Positions 1 to 11,152 of a stretch of 64,000 nucleotides of DNA are shown one piece after another. Origin of the DNA: Gammaproteobacteria bacterium (GTDB taxonomy: Bacteria > Pseudomonadota > Gammaproteobacteria > UBA4575); assembly GCA_965222615.1 (NCBI GenBank), contig CBDCUI010000009.1, positions 1 through 64,000 on the forward strand, given 5' to 3'. A program made the position numbers and the translations under genes. A model generated the notes under the pieces. That model saw only the letters and a list, made by a program, of their open reading frames with translations. It was not told where the DNA came from and searched no databases. The stretch's first letter is position 1; the number at the start of each line of letters is the position of its first letter.

Positions 1-604
1 CTTAGGCTCAATTTCAAATTTAAAGATAAGTAATCCAAAAGGTTCTCAAGTGAACATTTATTTAACATGGAAAACATTGGAGTGCAGATTGACTTAGAAA
101 GGATTTCAAGAGAAGTTATAGTGGTTAATCAGATTTTAGTTGATGGTCCATCTATTAATTACGAGTTAGGTAAAAAACGGAAGTAATGTTGATGTTATTA
201 AAAAGAACGTAGAAAGTTACACTGGCAGCGGTTCGAACAGCAGTGGTAGTGGTGGACCTAAGTTAATTATTGAAAATTTGATAATTAAGAATGGCGATGT
301 GAAGGCCACTTCAAGTATGGTGAAAGGAAAGTCATTATCTACTAAATTGCCAACCATCCACATGCGCGATATTGGAAAAGACACCGGGGGTGCAACTCCT
401 GGAGAAGTAGCTAAAAAAGTCATTGCGGTGTTGACTAAACAGATCGGTGCTGCAGCAGGTAAATTAGATTTGCGATCCTTAATGGACGAAGAAATGTTAA
501 AAAACCTTGGTAAAGAAAAGTTAGATGCCGTAGAGGGTAAAACATTAGATAAGCTTAAAGATATCGGCGGTGGCGCAGGCGATAAACTGAAAGAGATGTT
601 TTAG
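1..604 (+). pseudogene. AsmA/DUF748-like protein, 3' part, with two apparent frameshifts (~44 and ~172-177)
   Basis: Joining frames gives ...ISNPKG(F)SSEHLFNMENIGVQID...VVNQILVDGPSINYELGKNGSNVDVIKKNV...PKLIIENLIIKNG...LPTIHMRDIGK, an AsmA-like pattern. The ORF track only catches 278-604. Confidence 0.55.
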
Positions 605-1066
605 CCTTGTAACTCATATTTGTAAAAATAAAATAATCCAATCCAGCAAATCATTGCAGCAAAGATATATATGCAGCATCGTTTTTTATATTGATAATCA
701 TTCGCATTTAAGTATTTCAATATCATTGTGAATGAGCATGATTTGCTTTTACCCATATAGGTAAAACAGCTCAATTCAGTCCCTCAATGCGATAGTGAGC
801 ACTGTAGTAATTAGTTCGAAAAACCCCATAATTTGGCTTGAGGTTAAGAGCATTAAGAGCCACTAAATCGAACGAGAACGCCAGTTAGAGCTAAGAATCT
901 GCTATTTATCGCCTCAATATAAAATCTGTAAGGGTTTGTTTTTACAATGGTAAATTAGGTACTAATAAAAAGAAGTCTTTTTAACTGATTGTATTATAAG
1001 GGGATAGTTTAGCTTCGAAGGTAGCCTTCAATATGTGGCTATTGGGTATATCTATTTTAATCATCT

Positions 1067-2179
1067 ATGGGTAACTCTTTATCTAGTCTTTTGAGTAGCT
1101 TTCGCCAACGTCTAGCCCTGCGCGAGGATAGTGAATTTTCTCAAGCGGTGCTCAGAATCATCATGGTGTTGTGTTCGCTTGGTTAATTTTTATCTCCATA
1201 TTTTCGTAAGCATTGCGACCCCCAAGCACTTGACGCGATTTATACTTTAATGAGTGTTTCCTTAAGTATTTGCGTGTTGGTTATTATCGGTACCATCGTA
1301 AGTATTACCCCTTCACCGACTCGCAGAATTATTGCTTTAATACATGATGCTACGGGAGTTTCACTAGTGTTGTTCCTGGGCGAAGCCTATACCGCACCAT
1401 TTGCAGTTTTATATTTATGGTTCACAGTAGGGAATGGATTTCGCTATGGGGTGCAATACTTATTCATTTCGCTGTTTTTTTCGCTTATCGGTTTTGGGTA
1501 TGTTGTGTACATGAGTGAATATTGGCGTAATGAGATGATCATGACGATTACAGTGTTTGCGATGTTGATTATGATTCCTCCTTATGTTGCATTGTTGTTA
1601 CGGTCGTTACAGCATGCAAATAAGAAGATAAAGTTACAAGCCATACACGATCCACTGGTTCCTGTCTATAACCGCCGCGGCTTTAATGATGCTTTTTACA
1701 AATCGATATATCGTGATGAAAACGATAATTTTCATCATACTTTATTATATTGTGATCTTGATGGGTTTAAAAAAGTAAATGATATAGCTAGGCATGCCAC
1801 AGGTGATCAGATGTTAATAGAAATTGCAGGCATTCTAAAAGATCAAGTTCGTGAAGGGGATATAGTAGCCCGCTTGGGTGGAGATGAGTTTGGTTTATTA
1901 TTAAAAGGTTGTCCTTTAAAAAAGGGCACGGCAATTGCAGATACTATTTGCCAAAAAATTAAAGATTACGAATTGGAATGGAACGAAATTAAATTAAAAG
2001 TTGGTATTAGTATTGGTGTAGTCGGCATTAGTCAAAAAGATCAAGATTTCAATCGCGTATTAAAATTTGCTGATATGGCTTGCTATATAGCCAAGAATTC
2101 GGGTGGCAATCAAAGTTATGTGTTTGAAGAAACGCTATCAGAGCTTGACTCTAATATCTTTCTGGCAAATCACTCATAG
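1067..2179 (+). pseudogene. Membrane sensor diguanylate cyclase (RpfC-like TM sensor + GGDEF) with an in-frame TAA at 1184-1186; the ORF resumes at 1250
   Basis: ATG1067 is in frame with 1250. Motifs RLALREDSEFSQAVLRI and LWFTVGNGFRYG, several TM helices, then HDPL...DLDGFKKVND...RLGGDEF. Confidence 0.8.
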
Positions 2180-2192
2180 ATAATATTAGCTA

Positions 2193-2744
2193 CTAGATAG
2201 ATTTTAATAAAACGTATACAGCACCAGTGCCACCGTCAACAGGTCTGGCGGAACAAAATGCCAAAATTTCATTTCTTTTTTGTAACCACTGATTAACCAT
2301 AGGTTTAAGTTTTGGGCCTTTGTTACTCGATCCGTAACCCTTACCGTGAATAATCCGTACGCAGCGTATATTATCTTCGCGTGTTAGTTGTATAAATTGA
2401 CTTAGGGCTAATTGTGCTTCGGCAATCGTCATGCCATGTAAATCTAATTCAGCACCAATACTATATTGGCCTTTTTTGAGTTTTCTAAAAATATTTTTTT
2501 GTATCCCAGATCTGCAAAAAGACAGACTATCGCCTGGCTGTAAGTCTTCGTATTCGAGGCTGAGTTCAAGCGATTCATCTAGAACTTTTTGTTGATCTTT
2601 AATTGTTTCTTTTGGAATCGGCTTTGGTTTAGGTGTATCGTCTTCGGCCCGGTTGGAATGATCTGTATGTAACGGTTTTACGTTATTCAACAGGTCGGCG
2701 AAACGGGGGTTTTCGTTTGATTTGGAACTTCCTTGCTGAGACAT
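2193..2744 (-). CDS. Smr/MutS2-domain endonuclease
   Basis: LDLHGMT, IIHGKG and DGGTGAVYVLL Smr motifs. Confidence 0.9.
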   Translation of the reverse strand: MSQQGSSKSNENPRFADLLNNVKPLHTDHSNRAEDDTPKPKPIPKETIKDQQKVLDESLELSLEYEDLQPGDSLSFCRSGIQKNIFRKLKKGQYSIGAELDLHGMTIAEAQLALSQFIQLTREDNIRCVRIIHGKGYGSSNKGPKLKPMVNQWLQKRNEILAFCSARPVDGGTGAVYVLLKSI

Positions 2745-2840
2745 AAACGTATTTCCATTCTGGTAATTTAATTTGCTACTATTGCTGGCTGTATCTTTAA
2801 TTTCATTCTACCTTCCGTATAAACGAATTTCAGCAGCACG

Positions 2841-3596
2841 ATGCATCTCTTGTTAAGTAACGATGATGGAATACATGCCACGGGTCTTCGAGCACTAGCT
2901 GAGGCACTTTCTCCTTTAGGCAAAATCACGGTGGTGGCGCCAAATCGAAATCGCAGTGCCTCAAGTAATTCTTTGACACTAGATCGCCCGATTCGTGCCC
3001 AGAAAATGAAAGATAATTGGTATAGCGTGGATGGTACCCCAACAGATTGCGTACATTTAGCCATCACAGGGCTCATCAAAGATGAGCCTGATATTGTCGT
3101 TTCAGGCATCAATGCCGGCGCCAATTTAGGTGATGATGTAATTTATTCAGGTACTGTGGCAGCAGCCATGGAAGGTCGTTTTTTAGGGCTACCAGCTGTG
3201 GCGATTTCAATTACTTCTTTTCAGCCACAATATATTGAGGAGGCCGCCCAAGTGAGTTTTGCAATGATCGGCAAGCTTGCTACTACTCAACTCCCTAGAG
3301 ATGTAATTATTAATATTAATATACCCAATTTACCAAAAGATCAGCTAAAAGGTGTGCAAACGACACGCTTAGGTAATCGTCATAAGGCCGAACCGGTAAT
3401 CCAATCAGAAGATCCGCGTGGCAAGCCAATTTATTGGGTAGGTGCTGCAGGTCCTGAACAAGATGCCGGCCAGGGCACGGATTTTTACGCAATTAACAAT
3501 GGTTATGTTTCAGTAACACCTATGCATCTCGATCTCACACATTACAATGCTATGCAAGCTGTGGCTGATTGGGTGGCCAATTGTAATTTAGCTTAA
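2841..3596 (+). CDS. surE: 5'/3'-nucleotidase SurE
   Basis: LLSNDDG, GTPTDCV, SGINAGANLGDDVIYSGTV. Confidence 0.97.
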   Translation: MHLLLSNDDGIHATGLRALAEALSPLGKITVVAPNRNRSASSNSLTLDRPIRAQKMKDNWYSVDGTPTDCVHLAITGLIKDEPDIVVSGINAGANLGDDVIYSGTVAAAMEGRFLGLPAVAISITSFQPQYIEEAAQVSFAMIGKLATTQLPRDVIININIPNLPKDQLKGVQTTRLGNRHKAEPVIQSEDPRGKPIYWVGAAGPEQDAGQGTDFYAINNGYVSVTPMHLDLTHYNAMQAVADWVANCNLA

Positions 3597-3614
3597 TATG
3601 AAGAAAAAGGTGTT

Positions 3615-4280
3615 ATGAATCGTAGCATGCAAGAAGGAATCGGAATGACTTCGCAACGAACTAGAGATCGTCTGATCACTAGGCTAGAGGAAAAAGGCAT
3701 TCAAAACGTAAATGTATTGGAAGCAATGCGTATGACACCTAGGCACTTGTTTGTAGATGAAGCGCTTGCCTCCCGTGCCTATGAAGATACAGCTCTACCG
3801 ATCGGCCATAAACAAACTATTTCACAACCCTATATCGTAGCTAGAATGACAGAAGTAATTATGCAGGATGGCATACCAAATAAAGTTTTAGAGATTGGAA
3901 CTGGATCTGGATATCAAGCAGCAATCCTAGCGGTTTTAGTTAAAGAAGTTTACTCAGTTGAGCGAATTGAACCTCTTTATCAACAAGCACGTCGTCGCGC
4001 AATGAATCTTGGTTTGCGAAATATTAAATTTAAGTTATCGGATGGTTCGTGGGGTTGGGAAAGTTATGCACCATACGATGCAATCGTCGTCACTGCCGCG
4101 CCTAAAGAAATACCTTCGACGTTAATTGATCAGTTAGCAGATAATGGTCATTTAGTCATACCTGTAGGAAAGTCTTCAGAAATTCAAGAGTTAAAGTTAA
4201 TACATAAAACATCAAATGGTATTGAAGAAGAAACAATAGAGGCAGTTAGTTTTGTACCACTTGTTCCAGGCAAGGTATAA
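3615..4280 (+). CDS. pcm: Protein-L-isoaspartate O-methyltransferase
   Basis: [26 protein letters not shown]; follows surE. Confidence 0.97.
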   Translation: MNRSMQEGIGMTSQRTRDRLITRLEEKGIQNVNVLEAMRMTPRHLFVDEALASRAYEDTALPIGHKQTISQPYIVARMTEVIMQDGIPNKVLEIGTGSGYQAAILAVLVKEVYSVERIEPLYQQARRRAMNLGLRNIKFKLSDGSWGWESYAPYDAIVVTAAPKEIPSTLIDQLADNGHLVIPVGKSSEIQELKLIHKTSNGIEEETIEAVSFVPLVPGKV

Positions 4281-4299
4281 CAGTTTTTGCTAAATTGAA

Positions 4300-4884
4300 A
4301 TGAAACTATTCAGCTCCCTCTATGATAAAGTAATGGCATGGTCTAGGCATCCACATGCTACGTATTATTTAAGTGGCTTAAGTTTTGCCGAGTCTTCATT
4401 TTTCCCCATACCGCCAGACGTGATGTTGGCCCCGATGTCGGTTGCACGACCAGATCGTGCCTGGTGGTTTGCTTTATTAACCACAGTTACCTCAGTACTT
4501 GGTGGGTTGTTCGGCTATTTGATTGGGGCATTTGCTTTTGAATACATCGAGCCTTGGTTACAAACCTCGGCGTATTGGGGAAAATTTGAGACTGCACGCG
4601 CATGGTTCGATGAATGGGGAGTTTGGGTGGTATTTGTTGCGGGTTTTTCACCGATTCCATATAAACTCTTTACCATTACTGCCGGCGTACTTTCCTTAGC
4701 GCTAGTGCCTTTCGTAATTGCTTCTTTCATCGGAAGAGGTGCACGTTTTTTTCTGGTAGCGGGCTTACTCAAATATCTAGGCCCCAAACTGGAACCATTG
4801 GTAATGAAATATGTGGAATGGATTGGTTGGATTACGGTCTTATTATTAGTAGCGGTAATTGTTTATTATAAATTATTGCATTAA
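4300..4884 (+). CDS. yqaA: YqaA/DedA-family membrane protein
   Basis: SFAESSFFPIPPD and GFSPIPYKLFTITAG; hydrophobic. Confidence 0.88.
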   Translation: MKLFSSLYDKVMAWSRHPHATYYLSGLSFAESSFFPIPPDVMLAPMSVARPDRAWWFALLTTVTSVLGGLFGYLIGAFAFEYIEPWLQTSAYWGKFETARAWFDEWGVWVVFVAGFSPIPYKLFTITAGVLSLALVPFVIASFIGRGARFFLVAGLLKYLGPKLEPLVMKYVEWIGWITVLLLVAVIVYYKLLH

Positions 4885-5630
4885 TGATTTTTTCTTTTCG
4901 AACAGTCTTCACTAGCATAGCAATATTCATGCTACTTGCTTGCGTATCAAATAATAATAGCAAAGTTTATTATGATTACGACCATGGCTATCACACCGTC
5001 TTAATTGGTGAAACACTTTATTCCATTGCTTGGCGGCATGGTAAAGACTATAAACAACTCGCTGCATGGAATAACATTGGCCCTCCTTATACTATATATG
5101 CGGGGCAACGATTGCGCTTAACTCGTCCTAACATAACATCTCAAACCTATGCAAAAAAAAGCACTAATAAATCAACAGATGATGTAAAAAAAACAAAACA
5201 AGCACAAGCAAGCAGCGCCTCAATTTCTAAACCAGTAAAAAAACCCACTAAGCCGATAAAGCATGATTGGAGTTGGCCTACACAGGGGAAAATAGTTAGC
5301 AGGTATTCAACTAAGGTTGGTGGTAATAAAGGTATCGACATTGAAGGTAAACCAGGTCAGGATGTATTTGCGGCTTCATCAGGCAAAGTTGTGTACAGCG
5401 GTAATGGTTTACTAGGTTACGGTAATTTGATCATTGTCAAACATAGTGAACAGTTTTTAAGCGCGTATGCGCACAATAAAAAGTTATTAGTTAAAGAAGG
5501 TGGATCTGTAAAGCGTGGGCAAAAAATTGCAGAACTTGGTAGTACTGGTTCAAAAACCCCCAAACTGCACTTTGAAATTCGTCAAAACGGGAAGCCTGTA
5601 GACCCACTTAAATATTTGCCTAAGCATTAG
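4884..5630 (+). CDS. nlpD: LysM/M23 lipoprotein NlpD
   Basis: Lipobox LLAC, LysM GETLYSIAW, M23 NKGIDI...LHFEIR...VDPLKYLP. Confidence 0.92.
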   Translation: MIFSFRTVFTSIAIFMLLACVSNNNSKVYYDYDHGYHTVLIGETLYSIAWRHGKDYKQLAAWNNIGPPYTIYAGQRLRLTRPNITSQTYAKKSTNKSTDDVKKTKQAQASSASISKPVKKPTKPIKHDWSWPTQGKIVSRYSTKVGGNKGIDIEGKPGQDVFAASSGKVVYSGNGLLGYGNLIIVKHSEQFLSAYAHNKKLLVKEGGSVKRGQKIAELGSTGSKTPKLHFEIRQNGKPVDPLKYLPKH

Positions 5631-5670
5631 TTTTCAAAAAATCATTCAAAACTAATTTCAAAATGCTGAA

Positions 5671-5781
5671 TAGCGCGCTCAGACAAGGCACAGACTTTCC
5701 GAAAAGCGCAGTTTACACGCTAGTTTGCGTTTTCAACGCCCCGCATTTGAGGAAAGTCTGTAACGCAGTATCAGCGTGCTA
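5671..5781. repeat. Palindromic intergenic element related to the core of the ~145 bp MITE
   Basis: Inverted repeat ACAGACTTTCC/GGAAAGTCTGT with outer TAGCGCGCT/AGCGTGCTA. The core GAAAAGCGCAGTTTAC...GCATTTGAG resembles 8778-8922 and 45875-46018. Confidence 0.65.
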
Positions 5782-6171
5782 GGTACATTTTGAGATAAGT
5801 TTTGGAAATATTAGTGCGGCAGCTGCTCTCCTTCCTTCAGCAACAAGGATCCCATATGTTCTACAAGCAGCAGCTGTATTCATAGTCTCCAGACCGATGC
5901 CGTGTTGAGCAAATTGGGCAATAATTTCAGGCTCAGGAAAATTTGCTTGTTTACCTGTTCCCAGCAGTATCACCTCAGGTTTAAGCTTTATGATCGTTAT
6001 TACGTTTTCATCACGGAGTTGCTTTATATCATTGACAGGCCAAGGGCTGATGAGTTCGTCGGGGCAAATGATTAGGCTTTGGGAGTGGGGCTCATTATTG
6101 ATGAGCACACAATCGGCTTGAAAACCTGTGATGATGTAGTTTGCATCGGCGAAGTCTTGAGTAAGGCTCAT
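5779..6171 (-). CDS. Mth938-like (DUF498) protein
   Basis: PEVILLGTG...GLETMNTAAACRTYGIL..EGRRAAAALI. Confidence 0.9.
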   Translation of the reverse strand: MSLTQDFADANYIITGFQADCVLINNEPHSQSLIICPDELISPWPVNDIKQLRDENVITIIKLKPEVILLGTGKQANFPEPEIIAQFAQHGIGLETMNTAAACRTYGILVAEGRRAAAALIFPKLISKCT

Positions 6172-6260
6172 TAATTCTTAGTTCTTGGTGTATAAATTGG
6201 TTAGGCAGTTGATATTGAATCGCGTATTATACTTTGCGCTTATCAGGACTGATTGATCTA

Positions 6261-7436
6261 ATGGAAGATTTTGCAAGAATTTCACGACTACCTCCATATG
6301 TCTTCAATATCGTAAATGAACTCAAGGCAAACGCACGTGCCAAAGGCGAGGATATTGTTGATTTTGGTATGGGTAATCCAGATCGGCCGCCGCCCAGACA
6401 TATAGTGGAAAAGCTCGCGGAGGTAGCGCTGCGCGAGGATACGCATAGATATTCATTATCAAAAGGCATTCCTAGGTTACGTAGATCCATCGCAAACTGG
6501 TATAAGCGTAAATATGATGTTGATATTGATCCAGACACGGAAGCCATTGTAACGATAGGCTCAAAAGAGGGTCTCGCACACTTAACCTTGGCAACACTAG
6601 TACCTGGGGATGCCGTAATTGTGCCAAATCCTGCTTACCCCATTCACGCCTATGGCTGTGTCATTGCCGGTGCAGACATTATATATGTACCACTCGTTGA
6701 GGGCTCAGACTTTTTTTCTGAGTTAGAAAAAGCCATTCAAGATTCTTGGCCGAAACCCAAAATGTTGATTGTAAATTTTCCATGTAATCCGACTACGCAA
6801 TGTGTAGATTTAGAATTTTTAGAAAAATTAGTAGCGATCGCGCAAGAACATAATATTTGGTTGGTACATGATATTGCCTATGGCGAAATTACTTTTGATG
6901 GCTATGAGTCGCCTTCAATTTTACAAGTACCAGAAGCAAAAAATATTGCTGTCGAATTTTATTCTTTATCAAAGACCTATAACATGCCGGGCTGGCGTGT
7001 TGGTTTTATGTGTGGTAATTCAAAGCTTGTGGAGGCGTTATCACGAATCAAATCATATTTAGATTATGGAATGTTCACTCCCATTCAAGTTGCTGCGATA
7101 GCGGCTCTTGATGGACCACAAGATGTAGTTGAAGATATTTGTGCCACGTATAGAAGTCGTCGTGATGTATTATGTGAAGGTTTAAATAATGCTGGTTGGC
7201 AAGTTGATAAGCCGCTCGCAACGATGTTTGTTTGGGCAAAAATTCCAGAACCTTTTCGCGAAATCGGCTCATTGGAGTTTTCCAAAAAGTTATTAGAGGA
7301 TGCTCGGGTTGCAGTATCACCTGGAATCGGGTTTGGAAACTATGGTGATACACATGTGCGTTTTAGCTTGATAGAAAATGAGCATCGTACTCGACAAGCA
7401 GTTAGAAGTATTAAGAGAATGTTAAGAAATGTTTAA
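6261..7436 (+). CDS. alaC: Alanine transaminase AlaC (class I PLP aminotransferase)
   Basis: [29 protein letters not shown]; ATG6261 is the likely start. Confidence 0.9.
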   Translation: MEDFARISRLPPYVFNIVNELKANARAKGEDIVDFGMGNPDRPPPRHIVEKLAEVALREDTHRYSLSKGIPRLRRSIANWYKRKYDVDIDPDTEAIVTIGSKEGLAHLTLATLVPGDAVIVPNPAYPIHAYGCVIAGADIIYVPLVEGSDFFSELEKAIQDSWPKPKMLIVNFPCNPTTQCVDLEFLEKLVAIAQEHNIWLVHDIAYGEITFDGYESPSILQVPEAKNIAVEFYSLSKTYNMPGWRVGFMCGNSKLVEALSRIKSYLDYGMFTPIQVAAIAALDGPQDVVEDICATYRSRRDVLCEGLNNAGWQVDKPLATMFVWAKIPEPFREIGSLEFSKKLLEDARVAVSPGIGFGNYGDTHVRFSLIENEHRTRQAVRSIKRMLRNV

Positions 7437-7463
7437 GTCTTGTAAACAAAAAAGAGTAAGGTC

Positions 7464-8777
7464 GTGTTAGAAGCAGTAAAAGTAGGTGTACTCGGATTAG
7501 GTACTGTCGGTAGTGGTACGGCAAATATTTTGTCGCGTAACGCGGATGAAATTGCACGACGTGCAGGTCGCGGCATCGAGATTTCCATTGCAAGTGTACG
7601 TGATGTAAAAAAGCAGCGTGCATGTGATAGCAGTGTCATTACCCTGACAGACGATCCAAATAAAGTTATTGCAGATCCAAAAGTTTCAATTATTTTAGAA
7701 CTTGTTGGGGGGTCTGACTTAGCGCGTGAACTTGTACTCAAAGCAATCGACAATGGCAAGCATGTTGTAACCGCAAACAAAGCTCTTATTGCACTACACG
7801 GCAATGAAATATTTAAACGTGCACAAGAAAAAGGGGTAACCGTTGCCTTTGAAGCAGCTGTTGCAGGTGGTATACCCATCATTAAGGCGATACGAGAAGG
7901 CTTGGCTGGCAACTCTATTCAATGGTTAGCAGGAATCATTAATGGAACAGGTAATTTTATTTTGACGGAGATGCGCGATAAAGGCCGAGACTTTGCTGAT
8001 GTATTAAAAGAAGCTCAGCAACTGGGTTATGCCGAAGCCGATCCTACTTTTGACATTGAAGGCATTGATGCTGCACACAAATTAACGATTTTGGCGTCAA
8101 TTGCATTTGGTGTGCCATTACAATTTGACAAGGTGTATACCGAGGGCATTACGGAAATAACCAGTGCTGATGTTGCCTATGCATCTGAACTTGGCTATCG
8201 CATAAAACATCTAGGTATTGCCAAAAGAGCTGCAAATGGATTAGAGCTAAGAGTGCATCCAACTTTAATTCCTCATCGGCGTCTGATTGCGAATGTCGAT
8301 GGCGTCATGAATGCTGTAGTCGTGAAAGCCGACGCCTTGGGCCCAAGTCTGTATTACGGTGCGGGAGCTGGGGCCGAACCAACTGGATCTGCCGTGGTTG
8401 CCGATTTAGTCGATGTAGTACGGGCATTGACTACAGATCCAGAAAACCGCGTGCCGCATTTAGCATTTCAACCCGGCGCACTGTCTGATATACCAGTCTT
8501 ACCTATGGATGATGTTTCTACTGCGTACTATTTACGCATTCATGTACAAGATCGTCCAGGGGTGTTAGCCGATGTTACGCAAATATTTGCCAATCACGCC
8601 ATTAGCATTGACTCAATCATTCAAAAAGAACCTCAAGCAAATGTGAGTACGGTACCTATCGTTATACTTACTCATGAAGTGAATGAGCAAAATATGAATC
8701 AAGCAATTTCAGAAATAGAAAATTTGCAAGCAGTTACTAGTAGAATTACACGTATCCGTCTCGAAACATTATCTTAA
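7464..8777 (+). CDS. hom: Homoserine dehydrogenase with ACT domain
   Basis: GLGTVGSG, FEAAVAGGIP, GYAEADPTFD, C-terminal DRPGVLA. Confidence 0.97.
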   Translation: MLEAVKVGVLGLGTVGSGTANILSRNADEIARRAGRGIEISIASVRDVKKQRACDSSVITLTDDPNKVIADPKVSIILELVGGSDLARELVLKAIDNGKHVVTANKALIALHGNEIFKRAQEKGVTVAFEAAVAGGIPIIKAIREGLAGNSIQWLAGIINGTGNFILTEMRDKGRDFADVLKEAQQLGYAEADPTFDIEGIDAAHKLTILASIAFGVPLQFDKVYTEGITEITSADVAYASELGYRIKHLGIAKRAANGLELRVHPTLIPHRRLIANVDGVMNAVVVKADALGPSLYYGAGAGAEPTGSAVVADLVDVVRALTTDPENRVPHLAFQPGALSDIPVLPMDDVSTAYYLRIHVQDRPGVLADVTQIFANHAISIDSIIQKEPQANVSTVPIVILTHEVNEQNMNQAISEIENLQAVTSRITRIRLETLS

Positions 8778-8922
8778 GGAAACTCTGATTTATTCTGATA
8801 CGACCCTAAAAAATTGATTATGGAAAATGATCTCAAAATGCTCATGTATTTGTCATATACACTTCGCTTTTTCGACATTTTTTACCTTGTCTCAGGCATT
8901 ACATTAATAAATCAGAGCTTCT
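8778..8922. mobile_element. ~145 bp MITE-like element
   Basis: Terminal IRs GGAAACTCTGATTTATT / AATAAATCAGAGCTTCT. Its reverse complement aligns end to end with 45875-46018. Confidence 0.75.
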
Positions 8923-8953
8923 TTTAGTAAATATTATTAAAAGTAATTAGAGC

Positions 8954-10090
8954 ATGAAACAAAAACATTACACGGGCTTGATTGATCGCTATCGTTCCAT
9001 TTTACCTATACCTGCTGATTGTAAAGTAATTAGTTTATGTGAAGGTGACACACCACTGATTCAAAGCCGTAATATTGAACAAGTAAATCGAAAAGATATT
9101 AAGCTTTACTTTAAATTTGAGGGATTGAACCCGACTGGTTCTTTTAAGGATCGCGGCATGACGGTAGCGGTTACCAAGGCCGTTTCCGAAGGGAGTCGCG
9201 CCATTATCTGTGCATCAACCGGCAATACCTCTGCCTCTGCAGCTGCCTATGCGGCTAGAGCAGGTATTACTGCATTTGTGCTGATCCCTGATGGCAAAAT
9301 CGCCATGGGCAAATTGGCGCAGGCGATGATGCATGGTGCAATTATTTTACAAATTCGTGGAAACTTTGATGATGGTATGCGACTGGTTAAGGAGGTAGCG
9401 GAAGAGGCACCCGTTAGTATTGTAAATTCGATCAACCCATATCGTCTACAAGGACAAAAAACGGCTGCTTATGAAATTGTCGAGGCCTTGGGCGGTGCAC
9501 CTGACTTTCATTGCATACCCGTAGGTAATGCAGGAAACATTTCTGCTCATTGGACTGGATATTCAGAACTCGCTGCAGTAGATGGAAATAATGTGACGCA
9601 AGCCTGTGGATTTTGTAAAGGCAATTGTCAATTCATTACCTCTGCAAAAGTTAACAGCAAACCTAAAATGCTAGGCTATCAAGCGGCAGGTGCTGCACCA
9701 TTTATACAGGGGAAAATGGTCGATCATCCCGAGACCGTTGCGACCGCAATTCGAATTGGTCATCCTCAAAGCTGGGATTTTGCTCAAGCTGCTGTTAAGG
9801 AATCACAAGGCTGGTTTAATGCCTTCACGGATGAAGAAATACTCGCTACACAAAAATTACTTGCATCGCAAGAAGGTGTGTTTTGTGAACCAGCTTCAGC
9901 TACGTCGGTTACCGGTGCTCTACATGATATTGAACAAGGTAACATTGCTAATGGCAGTACCGTTGTGTGTACCCTAACAGGGCATGGGCTGAAAGATCCT
10001 GATATTGCCATTAAACAGAGCCAGACCGAACTCGTCACGATTGATGCGGAGTTGGATTCTGTTAAACGTGCAATATTGGACAATATGTGA
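8954..10090 (+). CDS. thrC: Threonine synthase
   Basis: [36 protein letters not shown]. Confidence 0.96.
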   Translation: MKQKHYTGLIDRYRSILPIPADCKVISLCEGDTPLIQSRNIEQVNRKDIKLYFKFEGLNPTGSFKDRGMTVAVTKAVSEGSRAIICASTGNTSASAAAYAARAGITAFVLIPDGKIAMGKLAQAMMHGAIILQIRGNFDDGMRLVKEVAEEAPVSIVNSINPYRLQGQKTAAYEIVEALGGAPDFHCIPVGNAGNISAHWTGYSELAAVDGNNVTQACGFCKGNCQFITSAKVNSKPKMLGYQAAGAAPFIQGKMVDHPETVATAIRIGHPQSWDFAQAAVKESQGWFNAFTDEEILATQKLLASQEGVFCEPASATSVTGALHDIEQGNIANGSTVVCTLTGHGLKDPDIAIKQSQTELVTIDAELDSVKRAILDNM

Positions 10091-10137
10091 AATTCAACAC
10101 AGATTAATTTTAAAAAATTTAGTTACGAGAAACGAAA

Positions 10138-11046
10138 ATGAAAAAAGCAATTTGGCTTGGGGCAGTAATTTTTTATTGCTTTATTTTTGCGTTCTGTGCT
10201 ACTGCAATTGCTGAGACCGTAGAGAAACCTTTTCTATGGAAGATCGAAACAAAACAGCCTTCTTATTTATTTGGCACCATACACTTACCTGATGAACGTG
10301 TAACTACTTTACATCCTAGTGTAGAGACAGCTTTTGCAGAAAGTGAATACGTATATACTGAAATACCTTTAGACACCAAGGATATGCTTTCTCAAGTAAA
10401 ATATTTACTGCTCGAAGGCGATACCACACTTTATGACATTGTGCCTGCGGATTTAATTCAAAGATCAGAACAGCAAATAAAAGAAATCAATCCTGCATTA
10501 ACAATTGAGCCCTTTGCCAAGTTTAAAGTATGGGCACTGGCTACTAGTTTGCCTTTATTGGAACAACAACTTAAAAATCCTGGGGTAATGGCCTTGGATG
10601 CCCAACTTTATCAACGCGCTAGTAATGAAGGTAAAGGGGTAGGCGGCATTGAGACCATGCAAGAACAGATGCAATATTTTGAGGCTTTATCACAAAAAGA
10701 AGAAATTAAAATGTTACGCGATACCATAGAATTTATGGAACAAGCTGATACCGATGGAACTCCCATAGCCGAAGAATTTATAAAATTCTATACACAGGGT
10801 GATATCGAGGAATTCAGTGATTTAATGATCAAATATGTCAAAGAAGACGAGTTTTCTCGAGAATTTATCCAAAAAATATTGCACGATCGGAACTTTATTA
10901 TGGCCGATCGAATTGAAAAAAAGCTCAAGAAAAATCCTTCAAGAAGTTATTTCTTTGCAGTGGGTGCGGGTCATTTTGGTGGAGATACCGGCGTTCAGAA
11001 ATTGCTAATGAAAAAGGGCTTCAAAATAAAGCGTATTGAAAAATAA
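10138..11046 (+). CDS. TraB/GumN family secreted protein
   Basis: Signal peptide, SYLFGTIH, DRN..MA, FFAVGAGH. Confidence 0.9.
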   Translation: MKKAIWLGAVIFYCFIFAFCATAIAETVEKPFLWKIETKQPSYLFGTIHLPDERVTTLHPSVETAFAESEYVYTEIPLDTKDMLSQVKYLLLEGDTTLYDIVPADLIQRSEQQIKEINPALTIEPFAKFKVWALATSLPLLEQQLKNPGVMALDAQLYQRASNEGKGVGGIETMQEQMQYFEALSQKEEIKMLRDTIEFMEQADTDGTPIAEEFIKFYTQGDIEEFSDLMIKYVKEDEFSREFIQKILHDRNFIMADRIEKKLKKNPSRSYFFAVGAGHFGGDTGVQKLLMKKGFKIKRIEK

Positions 11047-11152
11047 AAGAGCCTCGGAAGATAAAAGGTCAAAAATTGCAGAATACTTGTAGTTACCAAA
11101 GTGCGTTAAATTTATAAAATTTTCTGTGATATCTTGATATTTCTACATTCCA

